A DNA stretch of 64,000 bases from Actinomycetota bacterium (GTDB lineage Bacteria; Actinomycetota; Geothermincolia; Geothermincolales; RBG-13-55-18). Position 1 is the first letter of the stretch. Each line of letters opens with the position of its first letter. The notes under the pieces are model-generated. The model ran no database searches. It saw nothing but the letters and a program-made list of their open reading frames with translations, and had not been told where the DNA came from. The stretch spans positions 15,370-79,369 of the forward strand of contig JASEFK010000004.1 in NCBI GenBank assembly GCA_030019255.1. The letters run 5' to 3'. Position numbers and translations under genes: made by a program. This document shows positions 1 to 12,439 of the stretch, in pieces.

Positions 1-513
1 CAGCCTCTTTATCGTACCTCCTGGGCTCACCGCCTCCCACAGGGAAGGGAGATGTCCCGGACCGTCCAGCCGGGCGACGATGGAGCGCCCGTCCTGCGTA
101 TGCATGTGGAACTCACCGCCGTTCCAGAAGGAAGGCAGATCGAAACAGGGCTTCATCACCTGGCTGGGCAGAAAGCCCGCCCTCTTGGTCGTTTCCTCCA
201 GGTCCATTTCCCGGTAGGTCCTGCGCTGCAGGTTGACCATCCAGCCTCGCCCCTCCTCCCGGTTGTAGATCACCACGCGGGGCACTCCCTCCATGACGAT
301 CCGGAATGAGCCCCCGCAGTATATTCCCACTCCCAGGACCTTGTCGCCCTCCGTGGCCTTGACCTGATAGCTCCCCTCCAGGGTGTTACGCATCCCCTCC
401 TCGTAGGGTCCTATCCCCGCGGTCTCCCCGCGACAACCCCACGTCGTGGCGGCGAGCAGAAAGGACAGCGCCAGGGCCGCCACCGTCCACGCGCTACAAG
501 ACCTCAAGACCAC
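1..513 (-). CDS. Hypothetical secreted protein or lipoprotein; its C-terminus runs off the window edge
   Basis: The minus-strand frame is open from a GTG at 513 down to position 1. An AGGAGG Shine-Dalgarno sits 5-6 nt upstream. The N-terminus MVLRSCSAWTVAALALSFLLAATTWGC looks like a signal peptide with a possible lipobox Cys. The listed + ORF 52..309 is its shadow. Confidence 0.5.
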   Translation of the reverse strand, partial: MVLRSCSAWTVAALALSFLLAATTWGCRGETAGIGPYEEGMRNTLEGSYQVKATEGDKVLGVGIYCGGSFRIVMEGVPRVVIYNREEGRGWMVNLQRRTYREMDLEETTKRAGFLPSQVMKPCFDLPSFWNGGEFHMHTQDGRSIVARLDGPGHLPSLWEAVSPGGTIKRL

Positions 514-651
514 AGGCCCTCCTCTTAACCACAGGGTTACCGTCCTATGGGCTCCCGCCGCCAAGCGCCAGTGGGCTTGCACTTCCGGCCCTCGGACGCG
601 GGCCACGTACGATCCCTCCCGGCGCCCGCTTGCAATGAGCCCGCTCTTCCT

Positions 652-2121
652 CTATCCCTTCATCACCGCCACCGGCCTCATGCGGGCCACGCGGCGGGAA
701 ATACCCGCTCCCTCGCATATCTCCACCACCGCGCGCACGTCCTTGTAGGCCTCGGGGGCTTCCTCCGCTAGGCCGGAGAGCTGGGCCGCACGCACCATGA
801 TGCCCATTCTCTCCAGCCTCCTTTTGAGTTCCTCGCCCCTGACCTGTTTCTTGGCTGCCTTCCTACTCATGGTCCTGCCCGCTCCGTGACAGGTGGAGCC
901 GAAGCTCTTCTCCAGGGCCTCCCGGGTTCCCACCAGCACGTAGGAGTGGCTTCCCATGTCCCCGGGGATGATCACCGGCTGGCCGGTGTCGGCATATTTA
1001 GCGGGCACCTCCGGGCGCGAACCCGGAAAGGCGCGGGTGGCTCCCTTGCGATGGACCATGAGGGTGAGGCGCTTGCCGTCCACCACGTGTTCCTCCATCT
1101 TGGCCAGATTGTGGGATATGTCGTAAAGCACGTGCATCCCCAGGTTCCGGGCCCCCGCCCGGAAGACCTTTTCGAAGCACTCCCTTATCCAGTGGGTGAT
1201 GGCCTCCCGGTTGCACATGGCGAAGTTGGCGGCGCAGGCCATGGCCGCCAGGTAGTCGCGGCCCTCGCGGGATTCCACGGGTGCGCACACCAATTGGCGG
1301 TCGGGGAGGGAATATCCGTACTTCTTGAGGGAAGCCCCCATCACCTCGATGTAATCGGTACATATCTGGTGACCCAGGCCCCTGGAGCCGGAGTGCACCA
1401 TAACTACCAGCTGGCCCTCGAAGAGCCCCAGCTTGTCCGCTGGGGGCCTGGTCTCCTCCACTACCTGGATTTCCAGGAAATGGTTTCCGGACCCCAGGGT
1501 CCCCACCTGGTCCTTGCCCCTGGCAAAAGCCCGCTCGCTCACCTTGGAGGGGTCGGCTCCTGGATAGCACCCTTGCTCTTCCATGGCCTCCAGGTCCTCT
1601 TCCCATCCAATACCCCGGGCCACCAACTCGGGAGCCCCCTTGGACATCAGCCTCTCCACCTCGCCGCGCTCCAGGTGGAGCCTTCCTTTGGTGCCCAGAC
1701 CCTTGGGGACGGAGGTGTTGAGCAGGTCCAGAAGCTCCGGTAGCTTCTCCTTCGCCTCCTCCCAGGTCAGGGAGGTAAGAACCAGCCTCACCCCGCAGGA
1801 GATGTCATAGCCCACACCGCCCGGCGAGACGACCCCACCCTCCACCAGGGTGGCGGCCACCCCTCCGATGGGAAAGCCGTATCCCCAGTGGATGTCCGGC
1901 ATGGCCAAGGAGGCCTTGACGATCCCCGGCAGGCAGGCCACGTTGGCCACCTGCTGCAGGGCGTTGTCCCCGTCGGCTTTTTCCAGTATTTCCCTGTCAG
2001 CGAAGACGATGCCCGGGACCCTCATACCCTCCTGGGCCTCGGCAGGTATCTCCCACATGTATTCGTCCACCTGCCTGACCTTGTCGAGAAAACCCACTGA
2101 CCTCACCCCCTTCCGGCGCAT
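652..2121 (-). CDS. rtcB: RNA-splicing ligase RtcB (3'-phosphate/5'-hydroxyl RNA ligase)
   Basis: 489 aa. The N-terminus aligns with archaeal RtcB (DKVRQVDEYMWEIP...MRVPGIVFADREILEK). HFLEIQ, GSRGLGHQ and CHGAGR metal- and GTP-binding motifs are present. Confidence 0.9.
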   Translation of the reverse strand: MRRKGVRSVGFLDKVRQVDEYMWEIPAEAQEGMRVPGIVFADREILEKADGDNALQQVANVACLPGIVKASLAMPDIHWGYGFPIGGVAATLVEGGVVSPGGVGYDISCGVRLVLTSLTWEEAKEKLPELLDLLNTSVPKGLGTKGRLHLERGEVERLMSKGAPELVARGIGWEEDLEAMEEQGCYPGADPSKVSERAFARGKDQVGTLGSGNHFLEIQVVEETRPPADKLGLFEGQLVVMVHSGSRGLGHQICTDYIEVMGASLKKYGYSLPDRQLVCAPVESREGRDYLAAMACAANFAMCNREAITHWIRECFEKVFRAGARNLGMHVLYDISHNLAKMEEHVVDGKRLTLMVHRKGATRAFPGSRPEVPAKYADTGQPVIIPGDMGSHSYVLVGTREALEKSFGSTCHGAGRTMSRKAAKKQVRGEELKRRLERMGIMVRAAQLSGLAEEAPEAYKDVRAVVEICEGAGISRRVARMRPVAVMKG

Positions 2122-2324
2122 TGCACCTCTTCTGCGCGAAATTCAGGGTTTGCGGCGTATCTCCCCCGGGCGGTAGGACATGCCTTCCCGCCTGAGGGGC
2201 CTTGCTCGATGGCGCGGGGGCCGGAACCCCCGCCGTTCGGAACCGACCCTTAAATCATCCCCCGCCTTTTTCCTTTACGGCACCGGGGTGGCAGGGGGCG
2301 CGGGCAACATGGCCCACAGCCGTA

Positions 2325-2741
2325 TTAGACGTCGAATATCACCTGGGCGACCCAGGTGCCGTTCTCCTCACTCAGCTGCAGCATGTGGTAGGTGGGGGCC
2401 TTTATCTCGCCGGAGACCTTGTGTCTGGCCGGGTCCAGGGGCTCCCCCAACCCCCAGCCCTCGACCCGATCCCCGGTCACCTCGCGAACCTCGAAATCAC
2501 CGAACGCCCAGCCCTCCACCTCCACCAGGAAGAGGATCTCCGAGAGCCATCTCACCAGCAGCTCCTCGGGCCCGGAGGCTCGGGCCCGGATGTCCTTCCT
2601 CTCCCTGGGCTCCACGCTCCCCACGTCCAGGATAAGGGACATCATCCCCAGGGCGCAGCTGGCGAAAGCCTCCTCTCTCGACCTCCCGTAGGCCCTTATT
2701 CCCACGTCCGCAGTGTGCTCGATAACTTCGAACCTCTTCAG
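2325..2741 (-). CDS. Archease, the RtcB activator
   Basis: The C-terminal 138 aa of the 2325..3416 ORF carry the archease signatures: [18 protein letters not shown] near the N-terminus and APTYHMLQL near the C-terminus. The true start lies at or just inside the gyrA stop. It is either a CTG at 2741 behind a GGGGGAGGAG SD, or a GTG at 2777. No ATG is available. Confidence 0.7.
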   Translation of the reverse strand: MKRFEVIEHTADVGIRAYGRSREEAFASCALGMMSLILDVGSVEPRERKDIRARASGPEELLVRWLSEILFLVEVEGWAFGDFEVREVTGDRVEGWGLGEPLDPARHKVSGEIKAPTYHMLQLSEENGTWVAQVIFDV

Positions 2742-5206
2742 CTCTCCTCCCCCTCTTCCTCTTTTTCCTCCGACCACCCCTCGCGGGAGGCGAGGTGGGC
2801 GATGGAGGCCACCCGGTCCTCCTCCCGTAGGCTCATGACTCTGACCCCCTGGGTGGCTCGTCCCATGCGGGAGATGTCCTCCGCCGGCACCCTGATGACC
2901 ACTCCCTCCACGGATATGGCCATCAGTTCCTGGTTGTCCCTGACCACCCTGGCGCCCACTATCTTTCCCCTGGTCCCGCCTGCGGCGATGGTGCGCACCC
3001 CCTTGCCTCCGCGGTGGTGCCTGGGGTACTTGGATATGGCCGTTCGCTTCCCGTATCCCTGCTCGGTGATCACGAAAAGGTCGGCGTCCTCGGTGGCGAT
3101 GCCCATGGCGATGACCTCGTCCCCCGGGGAGAGGCTTATCCCCCGCACGCCGCGGGTGTTCCTTCCCATGGGCCGGCAGTCCGTCTCCGGGAAGCGGAGG
3201 GCCTGTCCCTCCCGGGTCACCAGCATGAGATCGCTGTGCCCGTCGGTGAGCCGGGTGTCGATGACCTCGTCCCCCTCCTGCAAGTCTATGGCTATGAGCC
3301 CGTCCCGGCGCGGAGAATCGTAATACTTGAACGGGGTCTTCTTGATCATGCCCTTCCTGGTGGCCATGACCAGGTAGCTTTCCTCCGGGTACTCCCGGGT
3401 GGCAATCACCGAGCATATCTTCTCGTCCGGTCCGAGGGGTAGCAGGTTCACCAGTGCCTGTCCCCTCGAGGTGCGTGAACCCTCGGGAAGTTCATAAACT
3501 TTCAGTCGGTAAGACTTGCCGCGATTGGAAAAGAAGTGGATGTAATGGTGGGTGGAGGCCACGAAGAGGTGTTCCACGAAATCGCCCTCCTTGAGGTTCA
3601 TGCCCGTCACCCCCTTACCCCCCCTCCTCTGGGTCCGGTAGGTAGCGATGGGAAGCCTCTTCACGTAACCGGAATGGGTGATGGTCACCACCACCTCCTC
3701 CTCTGCGATCAGGTCCTCGATCTCCAGGTCCTCGTAGTCGGGAACTATCTCCGTGCGGCGGGGGTCGGCGTATCTCTTCTTTATCTCCGTGAGCTCCTCC
3801 ACGATCAGGGCACGCACCTTCTTCTCGTCAGCCAGGATCTCCCGGAGGCGCGCTATCTCCTTCTTGAGCTCCTTGTGCTCCTCGCGGACCTTCTCCCTCT
3901 CCAGCCCGGTCAGGCGCTGGAGCCTCATGTCCAGTATGGCCTGGGCCTGTTCCTCGCTCAGTTTGAAGCGCATCATCAACCCGTCCCTGGCGTCCTGAAC
4001 GGTGCGCGACTTCTTTATCAGATCGATCACCGCGTCCAGGTTGGCCAGGGCCACCAGCAGGCCTTCCAGGATGTGTGCCCTCCTCTCCGCCCTGTCCAGC
4101 TCGAAACGGGTCCTTCTGGTAATAACTTCCACTTGGTGCGCTACGTAGGCCGCCAGTGCCTCCTTCAGAGATAGGATGCGCGGTACCCCGTCTACCAGGG
4201 CCAGCATGATGATGCCGAAGGACTCCTGGAGCTGGGTGTGCTTGTACAGCTGGTTGAGGACCACCTGGGGGGCCGCTTCCTTGCGCAGCTCCACCACCAG
4301 CCTCATGCCGGTGCGATCACTCTCGTCCCTGAGATCGGCTATTCCCTCCAGCTTCTTGCTTCTTACCAGCTCGGCTATGCGCTCCGTGAGACGCGCCTTG
4401 TTTACCTGGAAGGGGATCTCGGTTATAACGATGCGGCTCCTTCCCGACTTGGTCTGCTCGATGTGCGCCCTCCCGCGCACCTTTATGACTCCCCTTCCCG
4501 TCTCGTATGCCTCCCTCAAGCCCTCCAGGCCCATAACCACGCCGCCGGTGGGAAAGTCGGGCCCCTTGATGTAGCGCATCAGCTCCCGCGAGTCGAGTTC
4601 CGGGTTTTCGATGAGGGCCACGGTTGCGTCTATGACCTCTCCCAGGTTGTGCGGGGGTATGTTGGTGGACATACCCACTGCTATGCCCGACGAGCCGTTC
4701 GCCAGCAGGTTGGGGAACCGCGAGGGGAGAACGGTGGGCTCCTGGAGGGAGCCATCGTAGTTGGGCGTGAAGTCCACGGTGTCCTTGTCGATGTCCCGTA
4801 AAAGCTCCATGCTGATGGGGGAAAGCCTGGCCTCCGTGTAGCGCATGGCCGCCGGGCTGTCCCCGTCCACGGAACCGAAGTTCCCGTGTCCGTCCACCAG
4901 CTCGTAGCGGCTGGAAAAGTCCTGGGCCATGCGTACCAGGGTGTCATATATGGCGGCATCCCCGTGTGGGTGATACTTCCCCATGACATCTCCCACCACC
5001 CTGGCCGACTTGCGGTAAGGGCGGTTAGGGGTCAGGTTCTGCTCGAACATGCCGTAGAGGATGCGGCGGTGAACGGGCTTCAGCCCGTCCCGCACATCAG
5101 GCAGCGCTCTCCCCACGATTACGCTCATGGCGTAATCGATATAGGAGCGGCGCATCTCCTCCTCTATCTCCACGGTCTTCACTTTTCCAGACAATGCCTG
5201 CACCAT
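2738..5206 (-). CDS. gyrA: DNA gyrase subunit A
   Basis: 822 aa. The N-terminus carries the gyrase signature ...[21 protein letters not shown]. Acidic C-terminal tail. Confidence 0.97.
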   Translation of the reverse strand: MVQALSGKVKTVEIEEEMRRSYIDYAMSVIVGRALPDVRDGLKPVHRRILYGMFEQNLTPNRPYRKSARVVGDVMGKYHPHGDAAIYDTLVRMAQDFSSRYELVDGHGNFGSVDGDSPAAMRYTEARLSPISMELLRDIDKDTVDFTPNYDGSLQEPTVLPSRFPNLLANGSSGIAVGMSTNIPPHNLGEVIDATVALIENPELDSRELMRYIKGPDFPTGGVVMGLEGLREAYETGRGVIKVRGRAHIEQTKSGRSRIVITEIPFQVNKARLTERIAELVRSKKLEGIADLRDESDRTGMRLVVELRKEAAPQVVLNQLYKHTQLQESFGIIMLALVDGVPRILSLKEALAAYVAHQVEVITRRTRFELDRAERRAHILEGLLVALANLDAVIDLIKKSRTVQDARDGLMMRFKLSEEQAQAILDMRLQRLTGLEREKVREEHKELKKEIARLREILADEKKVRALIVEELTEIKKRYADPRRTEIVPDYEDLEIEDLIAEEEVVVTITHSGYVKRLPIATYRTQRRGGKGVTGMNLKEGDFVEHLFVASTHHYIHFFSNRGKSYRLKVYELPEGSRTSRGQALVNLLPLGPDEKICSVIATREYPEESYLVMATRKGMIKKTPFKYYDSPRRDGLIAIDLQEGDEVIDTRLTDGHSDLMLVTREGQALRFPETDCRPMGRNTRGVRGISLSPGDEVIAMGIATEDADLFVITEQGYGKRTAISKYPRHHRGGKGVRTIAAGGTRGKIVGARVVRDNQELMAISVEGVVIRVPAEDISRMGRATQGVRVMSLREEDRVASIAHLASREGWSEEKEEEGEES

Positions 5207-5249
5207 TTCCGCATCCTCCCGTTAGCGAGGCCCGTGCGGGTTCCCAGCC

Positions 5250-7223
<1,974 letters not shown>

Positions 7224-7240
7224 TTATAACACTTCGGGGG

Positions 7241-7256
7241 TGTTTCACGTGAAAAC
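7241..7256. promoter_or_regulatory. parS: parS centromere site, 14/16 match to consensus
   Basis: tGTTTCACGTGAAAac lies in the gyrB-dciA intergenic region and matches 14/16 of the Spo0J/ParB parS consensus TGTTTCACGTGAAACA. Confidence 0.75.
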
Positions 7257-7281
7257 GGGGGGTTAAATCTTTTATATAAGG

Positions 7282-7560
7282 TTAAACTTTAGGTTTAACC
7301 TTTATAACGATGCCCTCTATTCTTAGCCCCGTCATATCCTCCAGCCTTCCCAGGAGTTCCTCCCTACGCATACTCAGTTCTTGCGCCCAGGCGTGCGAGC
7401 TTACCCTTATCACCAGCTTTCCTCCTCTGAAGCCGCAGGGAACCCCTTCCGGAACCCCCTCCATCTCCCCCCATGCCCTCTTTACCTTCAGAAGGTCCTC
7501 CACCCTCCCCAGCCCTTCCTCGACGAGCGTCTCCCTTAAAAGATCGCCTATATCCCTCAT
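7282..7560 (-). CDS. dciA: DUF721 / DciA-like protein (probable replicative helicase operator)
   Basis: 92 aa. It sits between recF and gyrB, as DUF721/DciA genes typically do. Motif RAWGEM...GKLVIRVSSHAWAQEL. Confidence 0.65.
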   Translation of the reverse strand: MRDIGDLLRETLVEEGLGRVEDLLKVKRAWGEMEGVPEGVPCGFRGGKLVIRVSSHAWAQELSMRREELLGRLEDMTGLRIEGIVIKVKPKV

Positions 7561-7749
7561 ATGCGCTCCCTGTAAAACCCTCGCACATGTCCATCTTAAA
7601 CTCTCCCGGGGACACGAAGCCCGCGCCGGCCGCCGCCAAGGCTGCGTTAGAGGTTTCCTGTGCGTTTCCTCGCTGGTAAAATGCAGCCGTCCACCGTACC
7701 GTCACCGGTAGATAATACAGTTTTACTTTGGCCTGACTTCCTGGGCCAT

Positions 7750-8790
7750 TCATGTCCCGCATTTTAGGGCATCCAGGTTGATAATCCTTTCCGCCGTCGT
7801 CTCCCTGATTTCCTCCGTCGAGGTCACCAACACCTGCTCCCTACGCTTAAGATTCACCGCGAGCCTCTCGCGGTTCCCGGAGTCAAGCTCGGAGAAGCAG
7901 TCGTCAAACAACAGGAGTACCTTTTTGGGGGTCCGTTCCTCTATTATCCTCGCCTGTACCATCCTGCAGGCCAGGCAGAACATCTTCTGTTCTCCCTGCG
8001 AACCCTCCCTTCGCAGGTTCCTTCCGCCGAGGTAAAAGACCACCTCATCCCGATGCGGTCCGGAGAGGGTCATTCCCTTTCTTATTTCCGCCTCCTCCAT
8101 CCTCTCCAGCTTTTCCAGGTTGTCCTCCTCACTCTCCACCGAGAAGCTCGAATAATACTTGACTTCCACCTCCCCCATACCCCAGTCCTTCGTCTCCTCT
8201 TCCAGCATGCTGGACATGAGGTAGAGCGCCGCCCGCCTCTCACGCACTATCTCCATCCCCTGTCTCACGAGCAGAAGGTTCCAGTTCCTGATGTCGTCTG
8301 CCCTCCAGGTCTCCTTTCTCACCATCCGAAGGGCATGGTTTCTCTGCTTGAGGGTACGGTTGTATCCCTTTATAAGTTCCCCGTAGGACGCTTTCACCGC
8401 TTTTATGGTCTCGTCCACAAATCTCCTTCTCCATTCCGGGTTACCCTTCACCAGAAAAATGTCATCGGGAACGAAGGCCACCGCTCCGGCGGTTTTTAAC
8501 CTCTTTTTTAATGTGTTTTCCCCTCTCCTCAGGACCACCTTCCCTCTTTCCTCCACCTCCCCTGTCAAGCAACCTTCTACCCAACCTATCTCTTCCCCAC
8601 TCCTTATCATCTCCTGCATATCGGCTCCTTTTATGGACCTGCCCTCCACAAGATAAAAAACGGCCTCGAGAAGGTTTGTCTTCCCGACGCCGTTCTCTCC
8701 CACGATGAGGTTCAATCCCGGACCGAAGTATACTTCGAGGTCCTTGTGGTTTCTAAAGTTTTTTATCTTAACACCCGCCAACAATTTCAA
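7750..8790 (-). CDS. recF: DNA replication and repair protein RecF
   Basis: 346 aa. N-terminal Walker A GENGVGKTNLLEA. The ATGA start overlaps the dnaN stop. Confidence 0.9.
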   Translation of the reverse strand: MKLLAGVKIKNFRNHKDLEVYFGPGLNLIVGENGVGKTNLLEAVFYLVEGRSIKGADMQEMIRSGEEIGWVEGCLTGEVEERGKVVLRRGENTLKKRLKTAGAVAFVPDDIFLVKGNPEWRRRFVDETIKAVKASYGELIKGYNRTLKQRNHALRMVRKETWRADDIRNWNLLLVRQGMEIVRERRAALYLMSSMLEEETKDWGMGEVEVKYYSSFSVESEEDNLEKLERMEEAEIRKGMTLSGPHRDEVVFYLGGRNLRREGSQGEQKMFCLACRMVQARIIEERTPKKVLLLFDDCFSELDSGNRERLAVNLKRREQVLVTSTEEIRETTAERIINLDALKCGT

Positions 8791-9878
8791 ATCCTTACGG
8801 GCATAATAATATAAATAAAATCCTCGCTCCCCTTTTCCTTTATCACCCCCGGTTTTAAGGGTTCATTTATGCCCATGACCACGGTATCACCTTCGACCGA
8901 AGTTATACCGTCCTCCAAAAACTTGCCGTTGAAGGCAATGGTGACCGGCTCACCTTCGTAATCCACGGCGAGGGTTTCCCTTCCCTCCCCTACATCCCTC
9001 GACTCGCTGTTCAAGATTATCCTTCCCGGTTCTACCTGCAACTTTATGATGCTGTTTACCAGGGATGCCCTTTTAAGGGCGCTGAGTAGATCTTCCTTCG
9101 CCACTTCTACCATCTTCTCCATACTCTCCGGTATAAACTGTTCGTAGCGCGGAAATTTGCCCTCTATGAGCCTGACGGTAAAACCCGTGTTTCCATCATA
9201 AAATTTCAGTTGTCCTGCATTATCATCCCTAAATACTTTTATCGCACCGTTCTCGTTCACGTGCCTGGAAAAATTATGAAGAGGTGCGGCAGGAATGATG
9301 TAACTTCCCCTCTCTTCTGCCCTGAATCCCTCCCTTATCTTCTTAATGGCAAGGCGATAACTATCCGTACTTACCAGCCTCATCTCCTCCCCATCGAAGT
9401 CCATATAAATCCCGGTTAAGGTTGGTCTCTTCTCATCCCTTGAGGCCGCCTTTGAGACAACCTGGACGGATCGCGAGAAGAGAGATGGTTCGAGGTTGTC
9501 TATGACCAACGTGCCGACTTCAGGTGGAGTGGGAAAATCGTCCTTCGGCATGGTGAAGATCTTGAAGACATTATTTTCACCTACCACCTGCAGCTCGTTT
9601 CCCGTCAATTCCAGCACCATCTTCTCGTCCTTAAAATCACGCGATAGCTCGAGAAGTATCTTGTGGTTGACCACACAGCTTCCTTCATCCTCCACGTTCG
9701 CTGCACAATAAGTGGTCGTTGAGGACTCAAGGTCCGTGGTATATACCTTGACCCCATCACCATGGGCATCGAGTACGACACCGGAAAGAATGGGCATTAC
9801 ACTCCTCGAGCTAACGGAGAGCTGCACGAGTTGGAGGGCCTTCTGAAAGTCATCCTTCAAGACCTCGAATCTCATCAC
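8787..9878 (-). CDS. dnaN: DNA polymerase III beta sliding clamp
   Basis: 363 aa, three-domain clamp. The N-terminus MRFEVLKDDFQKALQLVQ is typical of DnaN. Confidence 0.95.
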   Translation of the reverse strand: MMRFEVLKDDFQKALQLVQLSVSSRSVMPILSGVVLDAHGDGVKVYTTDLESSTTTYCAANVEDEGSCVVNHKILLELSRDFKDEKMVLELTGNELQVVGENNVFKIFTMPKDDFPTPPEVGTLVIDNLEPSLFSRSVQVVSKAASRDEKRPTLTGIYMDFDGEEMRLVSTDSYRLAIKKIREGFRAEERGSYIIPAAPLHNFSRHVNENGAIKVFRDDNAGQLKFYDGNTGFTVRLIEGKFPRYEQFIPESMEKMVEVAKEDLLSALKRASLVNSIIKLQVEPGRIILNSESRDVGEGRETLAVDYEGEPVTIAFNGKFLEDGITSVEGDTVVMGINEPLKPGVIKEKGSEDFIYIIMPVRI

Positions 9879-10128
9879 CCATGCCTCCTTACTAATATCA
9901 ATGGAAATTTAAAAACCATATTCATTGTATTATTCCATGCGCAAAGCGCGGAAAAGTCGGTAATCGGGCATCCGAAGAGGAAGTCTGGGTTCCAGTGGTT
10001 GTGTAAAACGCTGTGTAAAAACAATGAATGGATGTGTGTAAACAGTGTACTGCATGAGTTCCGCTTCCGGTAAGGATGTAGAAACCCCGTAACTTATAAA
10101 CATCCTACCTCCTTCTGGTTACCGATTT
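9879..10128. promoter_or_regulatory. oriC: Probable oriC segment: AT-rich unwinding element plus DnaA-box-like repeats in the dnaA-dnaN intergenic region
   Basis: 250 bp noncoding, far more AT-rich than the genome. Three direct repeats TGTGTAAA(A/C) lie at 10000-10008, 10012-10020 and 10036-10044. Each is the reverse complement of TTTTACACA, an 8/9 match to the DnaA box TTATNCACA. TTATAAACA sits near 10094. An AT-run lies at 9890-9950. Confidence 0.55.
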
Positions 10129-11463
10129 TCAACATTTTTTCAACCGGTTGGTTATCTTCTGTACCATGTTGTATATATCCCTCTTTTCCTTCATAAGCTC
10201 CCTTATTTTTTCCACGGAGTGTATGGCCGTGGAGTGATGCCTCCCCCCGAGGGCGCTGCTGATGGCGGGGAGAGAGGCGTCGGTCAGCTCTCGGCAGAGA
10301 TACATACATATCTGGCGAGCCGTAACCAGATGCCTTGAACGGTTTGCGCTCTTTAACTGGTCGACCGTAATATTGAAGCACTCCGCAGTGACACTGATTA
10401 TCTGGTCGATGGTTATGTTGGTAGAGGGTTCCTCCGGAAGGATGTCGCGGAGAACCTCGGCGGCGAGATCAACGCTTATGGGCTGCTTTATGAGGTTGGA
10501 GTAGGCCACAACCCGTATAAGGGCGCCCTCGAGTTCTCGAATGTTGGACTCAAAGCGAGATGCTATGTAATAGATTACGTCGTCGGGGACCTCTTTTTTA
10601 TCAAGGTCCACCTTCTTCTTGAGGATGGCTATGCGCGTTTCGAGGTCCGGGGGTTGGATGTCGGTTATCAAACCCCATTCGAACCTGGATATTAACCTGT
10701 CCTCGAGGTTAGGAATATCCTTGGGAGGACGATCGCTGCTCAGAACGATCTGCTTGTTGTTATTATGCAGGTCGTTGAAGGTGTGAAAAAACTCTTCCTG
10801 CATTCGTTCCTTATTAGCCAGGAACTGAATGTCGTCGACCAGAAGCATGTCGTTGGACCTGTACTTCTTTTGGAAGCTAGGGACCCTCTTGTCGCGGATG
10901 GCGTCTATGTAATCGTTAACAAACTTCTCCGTGGAAACGTAGGTGATTTTAAGGTTGGGATAAAGCTTTTTAGTATAATGGCCTATAGCGTTCATGAGAT
11001 GGGTCTTACCGAGGCCCACGCCTCCGTAGATGTAAAGTGGATTGTAACACGTTGGATTTTCCGAGACGGACAGGGCAGCGGCGTGGGCGAAGCGGTTACT
11101 GGGTCCTATAACAAAGGTATCGAACGTAAACCTAGGGTTTAAATCCGAGGAAGCGGTGTCCTCATCAAGCAAGTTAACGTCGAGAAAAACCGGCTTCCTA
11201 CTTCCCTTTTTTCTACGGTCCTTGAAGGTGAGCCTTACTTCTCTAACCCCGTCAAAGGTGTCTCTTGCTACCTCTTGTATAAGTTTAAGATAGCGCTTGT
11301 CCACCCACTCCTTGGTGAAGATATTATTAGTGTAGAGCACCAGTGTGTCCCCCTCCACTCCCTCGAAGTGAACATTCTTTAACCAGATGGAGGAGGAATC
11401 AGGAATGCGTTCCTGTATTTTTTCCACGCATTTATCCCACAAGTGGCCGGTCTTAGGGGTCAT
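10129..11463 (-). CDS. dnaA: Chromosomal replication initiator DnaA
   Basis: 444 aa. AAA+ Walker A GGVGLGKTHLMNAIG. C-terminal DNA-binding domain. Confidence 0.97.
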   Translation of the reverse strand: MTPKTGHLWDKCVEKIQERIPDSSSIWLKNVHFEGVEGDTLVLYTNNIFTKEWVDKRYLKLIQEVARDTFDGVREVRLTFKDRRKKGSRKPVFLDVNLLDEDTASSDLNPRFTFDTFVIGPSNRFAHAAALSVSENPTCYNPLYIYGGVGLGKTHLMNAIGHYTKKLYPNLKITYVSTEKFVNDYIDAIRDKRVPSFQKKYRSNDMLLVDDIQFLANKERMQEEFFHTFNDLHNNNKQIVLSSDRPPKDIPNLEDRLISRFEWGLITDIQPPDLETRIAILKKKVDLDKKEVPDDVIYYIASRFESNIRELEGALIRVVAYSNLIKQPISVDLAAEVLRDILPEEPSTNITIDQIISVTAECFNITVDQLKSANRSRHLVTARQICMYLCRELTDASLPAISSALGGRHHSTAIHSVEKIRELMKEKRDIYNMVQKITNRLKKC

Positions 11464-11512
11464 AGGATCATCCCCCGAGGTGGGTCGCCGAACGCATCAC
11501 AAACGTATTCTA

Positions 11513-12253
11513 TTATAGCGACAGAATGCTCTGCAAGTAGGACTTGCCGGCATCGGACAGGAATCTTTTTCCATCTGACGACCGCGCTATAAGGCCCAGT
11601 TGCTCAAGCCTGACGAGCTCACGATGGGCGGTGCTCAGGCTTATCCCCAGCTCCTCGGCAACTTGGGAGGGACCGACGAACTCCTCCTCGGTGAGGAGGA
11701 AGAGGATGTTGTTCTGACGATGCGAGAGACGTTCCTCCAGGCCCGAGTAAGGCGAGGCGAGAGCGTGGCCGTTGGTCAGGGAAACCGCAACGTAAGTCCC
11801 CTCACCGGGATGGCTGAAGACCTGGAGCTCCCCACCGAGGTCTCCCACCTCCTTCTCCGCGAGATAGAAACCGAGTCCCACGCCGCGAATCACGGAACGG
11901 TGTATCTCCGTGGCGGTGGAATAACCCGGCTCCAGGGCGAGGTCCAGCCGACTGATACCAGGCCCCGTGTCCGAGATGTAGAACCGCTCCAGGGAGGGGT
12001 CCACCACCACGGAGGCGGCACAGGGAACGGCGTGAACGAGGTTGTCGATCAACTCGCGGAGGGTGGTCTCCGGAGGTTGCGGAAGCGCGGGCTCCAAGGC
12101 GGTCATCACTATGTCGACCACACGTTCGCGGAATGAAGGGAAGTCATTCATTACAACGTCGTGAACCAGGAAACCGTTTCCGTCGGGAACTGCGACCCTG
12201 GTGTGAGGAGGCTTTATAAACCAGCCCGCTTCCGAATCTCCCGCTCTATCCAT
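11513..12253 (-). CDS. GHKL-type ATPase domain (HATPase_c-like) fused to a C-terminal winged-helix HTH; function unknown
   Basis: 246 aa. N-box ELIDNLVHA, G1 box DTGPGI and G2 box GVGLGFYL fit an anti-sigma/RsbW-type GHKL fold. The C-terminus VGPSQVAEELGISLSTAHRELVRLEQLGLI is wHTH-like. The gene sits 49 nt upstream of dnaA on the same strand, and dnaA carries its own SD. Confidence 0.65.
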   Translation of the reverse strand: MDRAGDSEAGWFIKPPHTRVAVPDGNGFLVHDVVMNDFPSFRERVVDIVMTALEPALPQPPETTLRELIDNLVHAVPCAASVVVDPSLERFYISDTGPGISRLDLALEPGYSTATEIHRSVIRGVGLGFYLAEKEVGDLGGELQVFSHPGEGTYVAVSLTNGHALASPYSGLEERLSHRQNNILFLLTEEEFVGPSQVAEELGISLSTAHRELVRLEQLGLIARSSDGKRFLSDAGKSYLQSILSL

Positions 12254-12439
12254 CGTTTTTCACCCCCTTTTCACGTTTATGAAAAACCCTTGTAAATGGG
12301 GAAAAAGTTCCCGAAGCGTGAGAAATAGAACCGGGGTTGTGTACAAACGCGCTTCCTTAAAAGCGCTGGAATGCAGCCGTCACGGCCCAGGTATGACGGA
12401 ACCTGGGAGCCCCCTGAAAACAAGCGTGTAAGCGGTAAA

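Noticed and set aside
52-309. 85-aa + strand ORF near the window start
   Set aside because: It lies antisense to a longer open frame with a signal peptide, a GTG start and an AGGAGG SD (the partial CDS 1..513 on the minus strand). It is a shadow ORF.
2122-2324. GC stem-loop gcggggg-ttccgg-cccccgc in the archease-rtcB spacer, considered as a terminator
   Set aside because: No downstream U-tract, and rtcB appears co-oriented downstream. I cannot call it a terminator from sequence alone. It is kept only as a note within the archease finding.
2202-3323. 373-aa + strand ORF across the rtcB-archease spacer and the gyrA 3' end
   Set aside because: High-GC shadow frame opposite gyrA and archease. 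Pro/Ser/Arg-rich low-complexity translation.
9762-10381. ORFs 9762-10073 (+) and 10094-10381 (-) in the dnaA-dnaN spacer
   Set aside because: They fall in the AT-rich oriC candidate and on the dnaA 3' end, with no coding signature. They are better explained as DnaA-box/DUE sequence.
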